Assembly: GCF_003019035.1 (NCBI RefSeq)
Contig: NZ_CP027447.1
Direction: 5' to 3' (one strand)
Length of the DNA stretch: 64,000 nt
Origin: Escherichia coli
GTDB taxonomy: Bacteria; Pseudomonadota; Gammaproteobacteria; Enterobacterales; Enterobacteriaceae
Position 1 is the stretch's first letter, and the number at the start of each line of letters is the position of its first letter. The translations under genes and the position numbers were made by a program. Of this stretch, positions 12,283 to 22,557 are shown in pieces. A model generated the notes under the pieces. It had not been told where the DNA came from. It did not search any database and worked only from the letters and a program-made list of their open reading frames with translations.

Positions 12283-12634
12283 TGCTTTTCTTCGCGAATT
12301 AATTCCGCTTCGTAATTTATTCATAAAGCAAATTTAAAATTACAAATCATAATTAAATAAAATGTAACCGCTTTCATCTTGCTGGAAATTCACGCATTTT
12401 TTCTTCAACACACCTTTCAACTACAACTTAAGCCTTGTAACAAAAATCATCAAAATATGTGCGGTTGCTCATGTTCTTACATTCTGGTTACAGAAAGAGA
12501 TTGATAATTCGCGTCGCGAAAAATAGTCTGTTCCTGTAGTCAGCGAGACTTTTCTCAACGCTACTTTTTTAATTTTTATTTTTTTCGCTGTTCACCTTTG
12601 GTGCAGCAATTTATACGTCAAAGAGGATTAACCC

Positions 12635-14041
12635 ATGCGTGCGTTTAGTGGCAAACGTAGTACGCTGGCGCTGGCTATCGCCGGTGTTACAGCTATGTCG
12701 GGCTTTATGGCAATTCCGGAGGCTCGCGCCGAAGGATTCATCGACGATTCAACCTTAACCGGCGGTATCTATTACTGGCAGCGTGAACGCGACCGTAAAG
12801 ATGTTACCGACGGCGATAAATACAAAACCAACCTTTCTCACTCCACCTGGAACGCCAACCTCGATTTTCAGTCCGGTTATGCTGCTGATATGTTCGGCCT
12901 TGATATTGCCGCGTTTACGGCGATTGAAATGGCGGAAAACGGCGACAGCTCTCACCCGAACGAAATCGCGTTTTCAAAAAGTAATAAAGCCTATGACGAA
13001 GACTGGTCCGGCGATAAAAGCGGTATAAGCCTGTATAAAGCGGCGGCTAAATTTAAATACGGTCCGGTGTGGGCGAGGGCAGGTTACATTCAGCCAACTG
13101 GTCAAACGCTGTTAGCGCCGCACTGGAGTTTTATGCCAGGCACCTATCAGGGGGCGGAGGCCGGGGCGAATTTTGATTATGGCGATGCTGGTGCGTTGAG
13201 TTTCTCCTACATGTGGACCAACGAATACAAAGCACCGTGGCATCTGGAAATGGATGAGTTTTATCAGAACGATAAAACCACCAAAGTTGATTATCTACAC
13301 TCCCTTGGGGCGAAGTACGACTTCAAAAATAACTTCGTACTGGAAGCGGCGTTTGGTCAGGCCGAAGGGTATATCGATCAATATTTTGCCAAAGCCAGCT
13401 ACAAATTTGATATCGCCGGTAGCCCGTTAACCACCAGCTACCAGTTCTATGGTACGCGCGATAAAGTTGACGATCGCAGCGTCAACGACCTTTACGACGG
13501 CACTGCCTGGCTGCAAGCGTTGACCTTTGGTTACCGGGCGGCTGATGTAGTGGATTTGCGTCTGGAAGGCACCTGGGTTAAAGCCGACGGTCAGCAGGGA
13601 TACTTCCTGCAACGTATGACTCCAACCTACGCTTCCTCGAACGGTCGCCTGGATATCTGGTGGGATAACCGTTCCGACTTCAACGCTAACGGCGAAAAAG
13701 CGGTCTTCTTCGGTGCGATGTATGACCTGAAAAACTGGAATCTTCCAGGCTTCGCCATCGGCGCTTCCTACGTTTACGCATGGGATGCTAAACCCGCTAC
13801 CTGGCAGAGCAATCCGGATGCGTACTACGACAAAAACCGGACTATTGAAGAGTCTGCCTACAGCCTGGATGCGGTCTACACCATTCAGGACGGTCGCGCC
13901 AAAGGCACGATGTTCAAACTGCACTTCACCGAATACGACAACCACTCCGACATCCCAAGCTGGGGCGGTGGTTACGGCAACATCTTCCAGGATGAGCGTG
14001 ACGTGAAATTTATGGTAATCGCACCATTCACCATCTTCTGA
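12635..14041 (+). CDS. chiP: chitooligosaccharide outer-membrane porin
   Basis: 468 aa with signal peptide, beta-barrel ending in C-terminal F; long AT-rich 5' leader (12290-12634), which in this family is an sRNA-regulated UTR. Confidence 0.9.
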   Translation: MRAFSGKRSTLALAIAGVTAMSGFMAIPEARAEGFIDDSTLTGGIYYWQRERDRKDVTDGDKYKTNLSHSTWNANLDFQSGYAADMFGLDIAAFTAIEMAENGDSSHPNEIAFSKSNKAYDEDWSGDKSGISLYKAAAKFKYGPVWARAGYIQPTGQTLLAPHWSFMPGTYQGAEAGANFDYGDAGALSFSYMWTNEYKAPWHLEMDEFYQNDKTTKVDYLHSLGAKYDFKNNFVLEAAFGQAEGYIDQYFAKASYKFDIAGSPLTTSYQFYGTRDKVDDRSVNDLYDGTAWLQALTFGYRAADVVDLRLEGTWVKADGQQGYFLQRMTPTYASSNGRLDIWWDNRSDFNANGEKAVFFGAMYDLKNWNLPGFAIGASYVYAWDAKPATWQSNPDAYYDKNRTIEESAYSLDAVYTIQDGRAKGTMFKLHFTEYDNHSDIPSWGGGYGNIFQDERDVKFMVIAPFTIF

Positions 14042-14090
14042 TGCCCGACGCGGCAGGTTTTATGCCTGCCGCACGTTTGAGGAATTTGCT

Positions 14091-14417
14091 ATGAAAAAAC
14101 TGATTCTCATCGCCATAATGGCATCGGGGCTGGTAGCTTGTGCGCAATCAACCGCGCCACAGGAAGACAGTCGTCTGAAAGAGGCATACAGCGCCTGTAT
14201 CAACACCGCACAAGGTTCGCCAGAAAAAATTGAAGCCTGCCAGAGCGTGTTAAACGTGCTGAAGAAAGAGAAACAACATCAGCAGTTTGCCGACCAGGAA
14301 AGTGTCCGCGTACTGGATTATCAGCAGTGTCTGCGCGCAACGCAAACCGGAAATGATCAGGCGGTGAAAGCCGATTGTGATAAGGTCTGGCAGGAAATTC
14401 GCAGTAATAACAAATAA
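14091..14417 (+). CDS. chiQ: small lipoprotein co-transcribed with chiP
   Basis: 108 aa; lipobox LVAC after signal peptide. Confidence 0.85.
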   Translation: MKKLILIAIMASGLVACAQSTAPQEDSRLKEAYSACINTAQGSPEKIEACQSVLNVLKKEKQHQQFADQESVRVLDYQQCLRATQTGNDQAVKADCDKVWQEIRSNNK

Positions 14418-14455
14418 GTGAGAGCTGTAACTCTCGCTTTTCTTATTTCCCTTGC

Positions 14456-14483
14456 ATAAAAAAGCCAACCCGCAGGTTGGCTT
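14456..14483. terminator. bidirectional terminator between chiQ and fur
   Basis: AAAAAAGCCAACC-CGCA-GGTTGGCTTTT hairpin. Confidence 0.6.
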
Positions 14484-14500
14484 TTCTCGTTCAGGCTGGC

Positions 14501-14947
14501 TTATTTGCCTTCGTGCGCGTGCTCATCTTCGCGGCAATCGCCTTCGGCACAGTGACCGTAAAGATAGAGACTGTGGTTAGTCAGGCGAATGCCATGTTTT
14601 GCGGCAATTTCACGCTGACGCGCTTCGATGGAATCATCACTAAATTCGATTACCTTGCCGCAGTCGAGGCAGATCAGGTGATCGTGGTGATGTTGCTGTG
14701 TCAGTTCAAATACGGATTTACCGCCTTCAAAATTGTGGCGGGTGACGATACCAGCGTCGTCAAACTGGTTCAGTACGCGATATACCGTAGCCAGACCAAT
14801 TTCTTCACCCATATCGATCAGACGTTTGTATAAATCTTCCGCACTGACGTGATGGTTGTCCGGCTCCTGAAGAACTTCCAGGATTTTTAAACGAGGAAGC
14901 GTTACTTTCAGGCCAGCTTTCTTTAGGGCGGTATTGTTATCAGTCAT
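14501..14947 (-). CDS. fur: ferric uptake regulator
   Basis: 148 aa starting MTDNNTALKKAGLKVTLPRLKILEVL, C-terminal HHHDH and CxxC metal sites. Confidence 0.95.
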   Translation of the reverse strand: MTDNNTALKKAGLKVTLPRLKILEVLQEPDNHHVSAEDLYKRLIDMGEEIGLATVYRVLNQFDDAGIVTRHNFEGGKSVFELTQQHHHDHLICLDCGKVIEFSDDSIEARQREIAAKHGIRLTNHSLYLYGHCAEGDCREDEHAHEGK

Positions 14948-15026
14948 GCGGAATCTGTCCTGTTACTAAGCGGTTCACTTCATTAGAAGAAGTGACAGAA
15001 TTTGCTCTTGAGATAATGCGTATCAT
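14940..15026 (-). CDS. uof: uof, 28-codon upstream ORF translationally coupled to fur
   Basis: Own translation MIRIISRANSVTSSNEVNRLVTGQIPHD; its stop overlaps the fur start (ATGACTGA); a Fur-box-like palindrome GATAATGCGTATCATTAT (15012-15029) overlaps its start. Confidence 0.7.
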   Translation of the reverse strand: MIRIISRANSVTSSNEVNRLVTGQIPHD

Positions 15027-15235
15027 TATAGAATTGCCACGCCTAAATGAAAACCACAAGTCCCTGGCAAATATTGTTAATAAAAACGTGGCACAGCTTA
15101 CATTTACAACGGCAAGGCCACTTGAACACCGGGACATTGTACAGGTACAACAGCAAAAGTTACAAATTTGTAGCAATTATTTTGATTGGCATTATCTATT
15201 AATACGGCGTAGACATGAGTCTACGCCGCATCACA

Positions 15236-15766
15236 TCAGGCATTGAGAATTTCGTCGAGATGCAGCTCTTCAGAAATTTGTTTAACCCATTTTTCTACAC
15301 GTTCAGCGGTCAGTTCCGGCTGACGATCTTCGTCGATAGCCAGACCGACAAAGTGGTCATCATCAGCCAGACCTTTTGACGCTTCGAAGTGGTAGCCCGC
15401 AGTTGGCCAGTGACCAACGATAGTTGCGCCGCGCGGTTCAATGATGTCGCGGATGGTGCCCAATGCATCGCAGAAGTATTCTGCGTAATCTTCCTGGTCG
15501 CCACAACCAAACAGCGCAACCAGTTTACCATTAAAATCAATCTCTTCGAGAGTCGGGAAGAAGTCATCCCAGTCACACTGCGCTTCGCCGTAATACCAGG
15601 TTGGGATGCCCAGCAGCAGAATGTCATAAGCTTCCAGATCTTCTTTGCTGCTTTTTGCAATGTCATGGACATCGGCAACGTCTTTACCAAGCTGTTTTTG
15701 AATCATTTTTGCGATATTTTCGGTATTACCGGTGTCGCTGCCGAAAAAGATGCCAGTGATAGCCAT
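15236..15766 (-). CDS. fldA: flavodoxin 1
   Basis: 176 aa starting [20 protein letters not shown] (FMN-binding loop); track ORF extends upstream, trimmed to this start. Confidence 0.9.
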
Positions 15767-15905
15767 GAGTGAAATAACCTCTTGAAACTTATTGAAATGG
15801 GGGTGGAAAATTGCCCACGGATAAAGGCAATCATAGCAGAACAGGCAGTCTTGCGGAATCAGCAAACGAGCAGGACTGCACACTGTGCTACATGAAAGTG
15901 GAAAT

Positions 15906-16199
15906 TTAAACGATGCCCTGACTACGCAGCGCCTCCAGTTGCTGCATTAACATCTCTTCGATCAGTTCGCTACGGCTCATATTGCGCGACTCCGCCAGCT
16001 CGTTCAGTGCCTCGACAGCTTCCGCGTTCAGCTTCAGTTCGACACGCTTAAGGCCACGTACTTTGTCGCGTTTTAGTTGGTTGCGTTTATTAATACGCAG
16101 CTGTTCATCGCGCGAAAGCGGATTAGTTTTCGGTCGTCCCGGTCGACGCTCGTGCGCGAACAGATCTAATGTCGTACGGTCCGTTTGTTCTTTGGCCAT
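15906..16199 (-). CDS. ybfE: small CopG-like DNA-binding protein
   Basis: 97 aa from [14 protein letters not shown]; conserved position downstream of fldA. Confidence 0.75.
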   Translation of the reverse strand: MAKEQTDRTTLDLFAHERRPGRPKTNPLSRDEQLRINKRNQLKRDKVRGLKRVELKLNAEAVEALNELAESRNMSRSELIEEMLMQQLEALRSQGIV

Positions 16200-16338
16200 G
16201 ATCTTGGTGACTTCGGGGGAAACAATCAGCCAGGCCTCTGCCCGGATGGATAGCGCGCCATAATACATCAGCGCGATGAGTCACGCCAACGCCCGCGCGC
16301 GGAAAGCGACGCGGACGCTGGGTTTTTAATCAGTTACG

Positions 16339-17103
16339 TTAGTCATTGAGATAGCGACGGATAGCGCGTAATACCGCATCCGGTTTTTCAGCATGGACCC
16401 AGTGACCCGCGCCAGCAATCACATGCGCTCGTGCCTGTGGAAATTGTGTCAGTAAATCATCACGGTACTGCTCGCTAACATACGGAGAATTGCCGCCTGG
16501 GATAAACAGGGCAGGGTGATCCCATGCCGGGATTTTCTCCCAACCCACAATATGCGGATACTGATCCCACAATACTGGCACGTTAAAGCGCCACTCCCCG
16601 TCAACAAAAGATTTCAACAGAAACTGAATCACCCCTTCTTCATTAAGATGCTGGCGCATTATTGCCGCTGCTTGCTGGCGTGTTTGTGCGTCTGATTCAC
16701 TGACTGCGTTGATGGCCGCGAAAATCTCATCATGACGGCGTACGTGATAGTCGACCGGCGCAATATCAATCGCCACCAGCTTGTCAATGCGATCGGGGGC
16801 TAGTGCAGTAAGAGCCATTACCGCTTTACCGCCCATGGAGTGACCGATAAATGTTGCTTTGTCGATCTGCTGTGCATCCAGGGTATCAACAAGATCCTGC
16901 GCCATCGCCGGGTAATTCATTACCGGATCTCTCGGTGAAAGACCGTGGTTACGCATATCAACCTGGATGATATTGTGATCGTTTACCAGATCGCGAGCCA
17001 GTACGCCAAGGTTGTCGAGGCTGCCAAACAGACCATGGACAAGAACGATGGGAGAATTATTGTGCTGGTTTTGTGCAGTTTGCGCGCGGATATTCAATTT
17101 CAT
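16339..17103 (-). CDS. ybfF: alpha/beta-hydrolase esterase
   Basis: 254 aa with GHSMGG nucleophile elbow. Confidence 0.9.
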   Translation of the reverse strand: MKLNIRAQTAQNQHNNSPIVLVHGLFGSLDNLGVLARDLVNDHNIIQVDMRNHGLSPRDPVMNYPAMAQDLVDTLDAQQIDKATFIGHSMGGKAVMALTALAPDRIDKLVAIDIAPVDYHVRRHDEIFAAINAVSESDAQTRQQAAAIMRQHLNEEGVIQFLLKSFVDGEWRFNVPVLWDQYPHIVGWEKIPAWDHPALFIPGGNSPYVSEQYRDDLLTQFPQARAHVIAGAGHWVHAEKPDAVLRAIRRYLND

Positions 17104-17287
17104 GGCAAAGTTCTTTTTTTCGCGTTGTCGGGTTAGGGTATTATGTTGACCATTGTGCCACAGGGCTGCAACAAATAAGGTTTATTCCGAGTTTTTCTGC
17201 AAGCCAGGCTTGACGCTATCCGCTGCCGGGATTTATTCATATACTCCTGGCGACTTGTATTCAGCTAAGACACTGCACTGGATTAAG

Positions 17288-17833
17288 ATGAAAACGATTG
17301 AAGTTGATGATGAACTCTACAGCTATATTGCCAGCCACACTAAGCATATCGGCGAGAGCGCATCCGACATTTTACGGCGTATGTTGAAATTTTCCGCCGC
17401 ATCACAGCCTGCTGCTCCGGTGACGAAAGAGGTTCGCGTTGCGTCACCTGCTATCGTCGAAGCGAAGCCGGTCAAAACGATTAAAGACAAGGTTCGCGCA
17501 ATGCGTGAACTTCTGCTTTCGGATGAATACGCAGAGCAAAAGCGAGCGGTCAATCGCTTTATGCTGCTGTTGTCTACACTATATTCTCTTGACGCCCAGG
17601 CGTTTGCCGAAGCAACGGAATCGTTGCACGGTCGTACACGCGTTTACTTTGCGGCAGATGAACAAACGCTGCTGAAAAATGGTAATCAGACCAAGCCGAA
17701 ACATGTGCCTGGTACGCCGTATTGGGTGATCACCAACACCAACACCGGCCGTAAATGCAGCATGATCGAACACATCATGCAGTCGATGCAATTCCCGGCG
17801 GAATTGATTGAGAAGGTTTGCGGAACTATCTAA
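17288..17833 (+). CDS. seqA: replication initiation negative regulator SeqA
   Basis: 181 aa from [33 protein letters not shown]; co-oriented with and 25 bp upstream of pgm. Confidence 0.9.
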
Positions 17834-17858
17834 AACGTTGCAGACAAAGGACAAAGCA

Positions 17859-19499
17859 ATGGCTATCCACAACCGTGCAGGCCAACCTGCACAACAGAGT
17901 GATTTGATTAACGTCGCCCAACTGACGGCGCAATATTATGTACTGAAACCAGAAGCAGGGAATGCGGAGCACGCGGTGAAATTCGGTACTTCCGGTCACC
18001 GTGGCAGTGCAGCGCGCCACAGCTTTAACGAGCCGCATATTCTGGCGATCGCTCAGGCAATTGCTGAAGAACGTGCGAAAAACGGCATCACTGGCCCTTG
18101 CTATGTGGGTAAAGATACTCACGCCCTGTCCGAACCTGCGTTCATTTCCGTTCTGGAAGTGCTGGCAGCGAACGGCGTTGATGTTATTGTGCAGGAAAAC
18201 AATGGCTTCACTCCGACGCCTGCCGTTTCCAATGCCATCCTGGTTCACAATAAAAAAGGTGGCCCACTGGCAGACGGTATCGTGATTACACCGTCCCATA
18301 ACCCGCCGGAAGATGGTGGTATCAAGTACAATCCGCCAAATGGTGGCCCGGCTGATACCAACGTCACTAAAGTGGTGGAAGATCGTGCCAACGCACTGCT
18401 GGCCGATGGCCTGAAAGGCGTGAAGCGTATCTCCCTCGACGAAGCGATGGCATCCGGTCATGTGAAAGAGCAGGATCTGGTGCAGCCGTTTGTGGAAGGT
18501 CTGGCCGATATCGTTGATATGGCGGCGATTCAGAAAGCGGGCCTGACGCTGGGCGTTGATCCGCTGGGCGGTTCCGGTATCGAATACTGGAAGCGTATTG
18601 GCGAGTATTACAACCTTAACCTGACCATCGTTAACGATCAGGTCGATCAAACCTTCCGCTTTATGCACCTCGATAAAGACGGCGCGATCCGTATGGACTG
18701 CTCCTCCGAGTGTGCGATGGCGGGTCTGCTGGCACTGCGTGATAAGTTCGATCTGGCGTTTGCTAACGACCCGGATTATGACCGTCACGGTATCGTCACT
18801 CCGGCAGGTTTGATGAATCCGAACCACTACCTGGCGGTGGCGATCAATTACCTGTTCCAGCATCGTCCGCAGTGGGGCAAAGATGTTGCCGTTGGTAAAA
18901 CGCTGGTTTCTTCTGCGATGATCGACCGTGTGGTCAATGATTTGGGCCGCAGGCTGGTGGAAGTGCCGGTAGGCTTCAAATGGTTTGTTGATGGCCTGTT
19001 CGACGGCAGCTTCGGCTTTGGCGGCGAAGAGAGCGCAGGGGCTTCCTTCCTGCGTTTCGACGGCACGCCGTGGTCCACCGATAAAGACGGCATCATTATG
19101 TGTCTGCTGGCGGCGGAAATCACCGCTGTCACCGGTAAGAATCCGCAGGAACACTACAACGAACTGGCAAAACGCTTTGGTGCGCCGAGCTACAACCGTT
19201 TGCAGGCAGCTGCGACTTCCGCACAAAAAGCGGCGCTGTCTAAGCTGTCTCCGGAAATGGTGAGCGCCAGCACCCTGGCTGGTGACCCGATCACCGCGCG
19301 CCTGACGGCAGCACCGGGCAACGGTGCTTCTATTGGCGGTCTGAAAGTGATGACTGACAACGGCTGGTTCGCCGCGCGTCCGTCAGGCACAGAAGACGCA
19401 TACAAAATCTACTGCGAAAGCTTCCTTGGTGAAGAACATCGCAAGCAGATTGAGAAAGAAGCGGTTGAGATTGTTAGCGAAGTTCTGAAAAACGCGTAA
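17859..19499 (+). CDS. pgm: phosphoglucomutase
   Basis: 546 aa; active-site TPSHNP motif. Confidence 0.95.
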   Translation: MAIHNRAGQPAQQSDLINVAQLTAQYYVLKPEAGNAEHAVKFGTSGHRGSAARHSFNEPHILAIAQAIAEERAKNGITGPCYVGKDTHALSEPAFISVLEVLAANGVDVIVQENNGFTPTPAVSNAILVHNKKGGPLADGIVITPSHNPPEDGGIKYNPPNGGPADTNVTKVVEDRANALLADGLKGVKRISLDEAMASGHVKEQDLVQPFVEGLADIVDMAAIQKAGLTLGVDPLGGSGIEYWKRIGEYYNLNLTIVNDQVDQTFRFMHLDKDGAIRMDCSSECAMAGLLALRDKFDLAFANDPDYDRHGIVTPAGLMNPNHYLAVAINYLFQHRPQWGKDVAVGKTLVSSAMIDRVVNDLGRRLVEVPVGFKWFVDGLFDGSFGFGGEESAGASFLRFDGTPWSTDKDGIIMCLLAAEITAVTGKNPQEHYNELAKRFGAPSYNRLQAAATSAQKAALSKLSPEMVSASTLAGDPITARLTAAPGNGASIGGLKVMTDNGWFAARPSGTEDAYKIYCESFLGEEHRKQIEKEAVEIVSEVLKNA

Positions 19500-19514
19500 A
19501 CACATTTAATAAGA

Positions 19515-19544
19515 AAAAGGGCGGTCAGAAGATCGCCCTTTTTT
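19515..19544 (+). terminator. pgm intrinsic terminator
   Basis: AAAAGGGCGGTC-AGAA-GATCGCCCTTTTTT. Confidence 0.7.
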
Positions 19545-19554
19545 ACTTATGACT

Positions 19555-19653
19555 GCCTGATGCGCTACGCTTATCAGGCTTGGGAAGATGGTGCAATGTA
19601 TTGAATTTGCTCTATTTTGTAGGCCGGATAAGGCGTTCACGCCGCATCCGGCA
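19555..19653. repeat. BIME: two REP palindromic units
   Basis: GCCTGATGCGCTACGCTTATCAGGC and GGCCGGATAAGGCGTTCACGCCGCATCCGGCA. Confidence 0.75.
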
Positions 19654-19703
19654 TGAACAACGAGCGCTTTGCCAACAAACTGAATAGCTCAAGGGAATTC
19701 AAA

Positions 19704-20198
19704 ATGAAGACCAAAAGGAGTCTGGTCGTCAGAGTGGCATTAATTACCGCCACACTACTGCTGACAGCATGCGCCCAACCTGAACAATCATCATTAGCTG
19801 GTGACTGGTTACTGACCCCTAAAGATAAAACCAGAGGATTAACGGGGAGCATTGCGGTAAATATTGCGCCTTCCCGGTGTAAGACAAATTGCCGTGGCGA
19901 TAACTTACCTGATAATACCCGCCGCTGGCAGTTGTCAGGCGGGAACGAAAAAGAACTTACTTATCTTCATGATATGTCAGCACAAGAAAAGACCGGTTTA
20001 AATCCTGAATGGCAATGCTACACCTCATTTTTTATGGGGATTTGCCAGGGTAAGCCCGGCACTCGACCGATAGTTAATGAGGATTATGTCAGCGAAAGCG
20101 GATTTTTTGGCTCGATGATGCATGTAGGGATTATTGAGTTGCGACGCTGTCAGTCAGAAAATTGCCAGCAAGAATTGAAAGCGATAAACACACATTAA
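19704..20198 (+). CDS. ybfP: lipoprotein
   Basis: 164 aa from MKTKRSLVVRVALITATLLLTAC (lipobox LTAC). Confidence 0.8.
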   Translation: MKTKRSLVVRVALITATLLLTACAQPEQSSLAGDWLLTPKDKTRGLTGSIAVNIAPSRCKTNCRGDNLPDNTRRWQLSGGNEKELTYLHDMSAQEKTGLNPEWQCYTSFFMGICQGKPGTRPIVNEDYVSESGFFGSMMHVGIIELRRCQSENCQQELKAINTH

Positions 20199-20238
20199 AA
20201 TAGCGAGTCCGGGAATGAAACCCGGACCTGAACATGTC

Positions 20239-20889
20239 TTATTGCGTGATTGTTTCTTTCATTTGATACTGCATTTCCCAGAGTTCAGTAAGCGAAATAA
20301 CTTTTCTTGTTCTTGCTTCTTCACATTGTACCCATAAGAAAGGGTAGAAAGTGAAGGCTTCCGTTGCCGATAATTTTATTACGTCTTCTTGCCATTGCGG
20401 CCAGCGTACATTTTCATAGAAGGTATCTAAATCACCGGATAATGCCCACTGAAGAAACTCAGAATATCCAACCTCCAGACTTTCCCAATTCAGCGTATCT
20501 GGCGCAAAATAATAAACGCAGCCAGTATCTTCCCCAAGATCGCCACCATTAAGAGCAAAAATTCCCCCTGCGACATCATCGGCGATGGGTAAAGCCCGCA
20601 CGCTTGCGAATTCAGGGCGTTGTGTCCAACTTGCTGGATCTCGTGGTAACCGGGGGTGACCAGAGCCTGCTATGCGTAACCAACCGTTATCAATCAGCAG
20701 ACCTCCGGAGCCATAGACAAGCGCACCCATCGGTGATTTTGTTGTAACCTGTAATTGATAAAGTGCGGTTTCGGCTAAATCTTTATTAACCGGTAAGAGT
20801 TCGGCATGGTTTGTGGCTTCTTTTAACCAATTCTGGATTATTGGCCAGGCTGAATCTTCAGTATTTACTAACTGACTCACTTCACGCAT
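20239..20889 (-). CDS. ybfG: DUF2625-family protein (ybfG-like), apparently intact
   Basis: About 216 aa if started at MREVSQL, which has an AAGGAG Shine-Dalgarno; the track ORF continues to an upstream ATG with a poor RBS. Confidence 0.6.
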   Translation of the reverse strand: MREVSQLVNTEDSAWPIIQNWLKEATNHAELLPVNKDLAETALYQLQVTTKSPMGALVYGSGGLLIDNGWLRIAGSGHPRLPRDPASWTQRPEFASVRALPIADDVAGGIFALNGGDLGEDTGCVYYFAPDTLNWESLEVGYSEFLQWALSGDLDTFYENVRWPQWQEDVIKLSATEAFTFYPFLWVQCEEARTRKVISLTELWEMQYQMKETITQ

Positions 20890-21011
20890 CGCTACTTGCT
20901 CCTTGTGTGCTACGGTGTCATTTATGATGAGGCATTGTATGGGACATTTTTTAAATATTAAGTTCCTTATATTTGAATAAAAAATGACTTTATCCATACA
21001 TTGCCACTTTT

Positions 21012-21156
21012 TTCAAAGCATAAACCGATACCCAATACCGGTTTCAGTAATGAAATGGCGGGGCGGACGAGATCCTGTTCCAGTTTTTGTCGCAAATGCC
21101 TCATATAATTACGCAAATAGTTGCTGTGTTCGACCGCGTTTGGACCCTACACCTGC
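21012..21156 (-). pseudogene. duplicated 3' fragment of kdpE (last ~47 codons plus stop), frameshifted
   Basis: About 92% identical over 145 bp to 25347-25491 (kdpE 3' end), first 50 nt identical, one 1-nt indel; seen by direct comparison. Confidence 0.75.
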
Positions 21157-21197
21157 CGGATGCGGCATAAATAACGAACTCTTTGTCAACAAACAGA

Positions 21198-21226
21198 AAG
21201 GGCGATCATTCAATCGCCCTTTTTTA
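21198..21226. terminator. hairpin terminator downstream of potE
   Basis: AAAGGGCGAT-CATTCAA-TCGCCCTTTTTT. Confidence 0.6.
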
Positions 21227-21237
21227 TTTCGCTTTTT

Positions 21238-22557
21238 TTAACCGTGTTTATTTTTCAGTTCAAAGCGTGGAGATACCAGACCATACAGTGTCCAACCAAG
21301 GAAGGTCACGATGGAACCGTACAGCATGGCTTCTTCCCCGGATGAGTACAGCGCATAGAAACTGTACATCGCACCAACAAAGGCAACAAAGTTTGCTACT
21401 TTCGCTTTTGACGGTGGCACATTGGCGACCTGCTGAATAATGACTAACGCCGCCATCGACAGAATATACGGGATGATATTGGTCACCACGGCCAGGTTAA
21501 CCAGCACGTTGAACTGGCTGTTCAGTGACGGGCTAATGGTCATCAGTGCCAATCCACTCTGAATAATCACAATGGTCAACATTCCCTGAACCGGTGCATC
21601 CACTTTGGTTACACGGGAGAAAATTTTAGGGAAGTAGCCTTCATCAGATGAAGATTTAAACACCTGGGCAATGGTGAACTGCCAGCCAAGCAGTGAACCG
21701 CAGCAGGACATCACCATCAGCGCCATAATGACTTTACCCACTTCCGGCGTGAACATCTGTGCGAAGGCCAGGCCAAATGGTGCCGTTGAATTTGCCAGCT
21801 CCATATTGGGCACAATCCCGGCAATCACGTTGGTGGAGACGATATAAATCACTGCCGCACCTAACGTACCGCCAAGGACTGCTATTGGCACGTTACGTTC
21901 CGGGTTTTCCACTACTTCGGCGTTGGCACAGGCAGACTCCAGACCGAGGAAAGCCCACAACGTCATGGCGATGGAGGAACCTACAGCGCTAAAGAACGGT
22001 ACATGATGAGGGTTCCATGAGTTAGCGTACAGCGTCGGGCTAAACCAGAACCAGCCGATAATGCACAGACCGACGACCGGAATAATGACCCCCCACACAG
22101 TAATGCTACTGATTTGCCCGGTAATGCGCGCACCACCAAAGTTAGCCACGGTACAAATCCACAGCACTCCGATGGTCGCAAGACCAATCTGCACTGGCGA
22201 CAAACTCGCGCCGAGCAGTTCGGTGCCGTAACCAACCGCCGAAATAGCAATTGCGACGTTAGCAATCAGCAGCGAGACACCGTAGGTGTAGTTCGCCATA
22301 AAGTTACCGGATTTACCGAAAGCATACTCGGCATAACCGCCCATACCACCTGATTTACGGCTGAACATGCCGCATTTTGCGAATGCCCATGCCAGCGCCA
22401 TTGAGCCTACGGCAGTCACCAACCAGGAGATTATTGAGATTGTCCCAACTTCGGCAAGCTTTGTCGGCAGCATGATGATACCGGAGCCCATCATGTTGAC
22501 CATCGTCAGTATGGTTAACTGAACGACGCCCATTTTGTTCGATTTAGCCTGACTCAT
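21238..22557 (-). CDS. potE: putrescine:ornithine antiporter (APC family)
   Basis: 439 aa, 12 TM; overlaps the speF stop. Confidence 0.95.
   Translation of the reverse strand: MSQAKSNKMGVVQLTILTMVNMMGSGIIMLPTKLAEVGTISIISWLVTAVGSMALAWAFAKCGMFSRKSGGMGGYAEYAFGKSGNFMANYTYGVSLLIANVAIAISAVGYGTELLGASLSPVQIGLATIGVLWICTVANFGGARITGQISSITVWGVIIPVVGLCIIGWFWFSPTLYANSWNPHHVPFFSAVGSSIAMTLWAFLGLESACANAEVVENPERNVPIAVLGGTLGAAVIYIVSTNVIAGIVPNMELANSTAPFGLAFAQMFTPEVGKVIMALMVMSCCGSLLGWQFTIAQVFKSSSDEGYFPKIFSRVTKVDAPVQGMLTIVIIQSGLALMTISPSLNSQFNVLVNLAVVTNIIPYILSMAALVIIQQVANVPPSKAKVANFVAFVGAMYSFYALYSSGEEAMLYGSIVTFLGWTLYGLVSPRFELKNKHG

Noticed and set aside
17826-19226. 466-aa minus-strand ORF antisense to pgm
   Set aside because: Fully inside pgm, which is recognised by its active-site motif; no start context.
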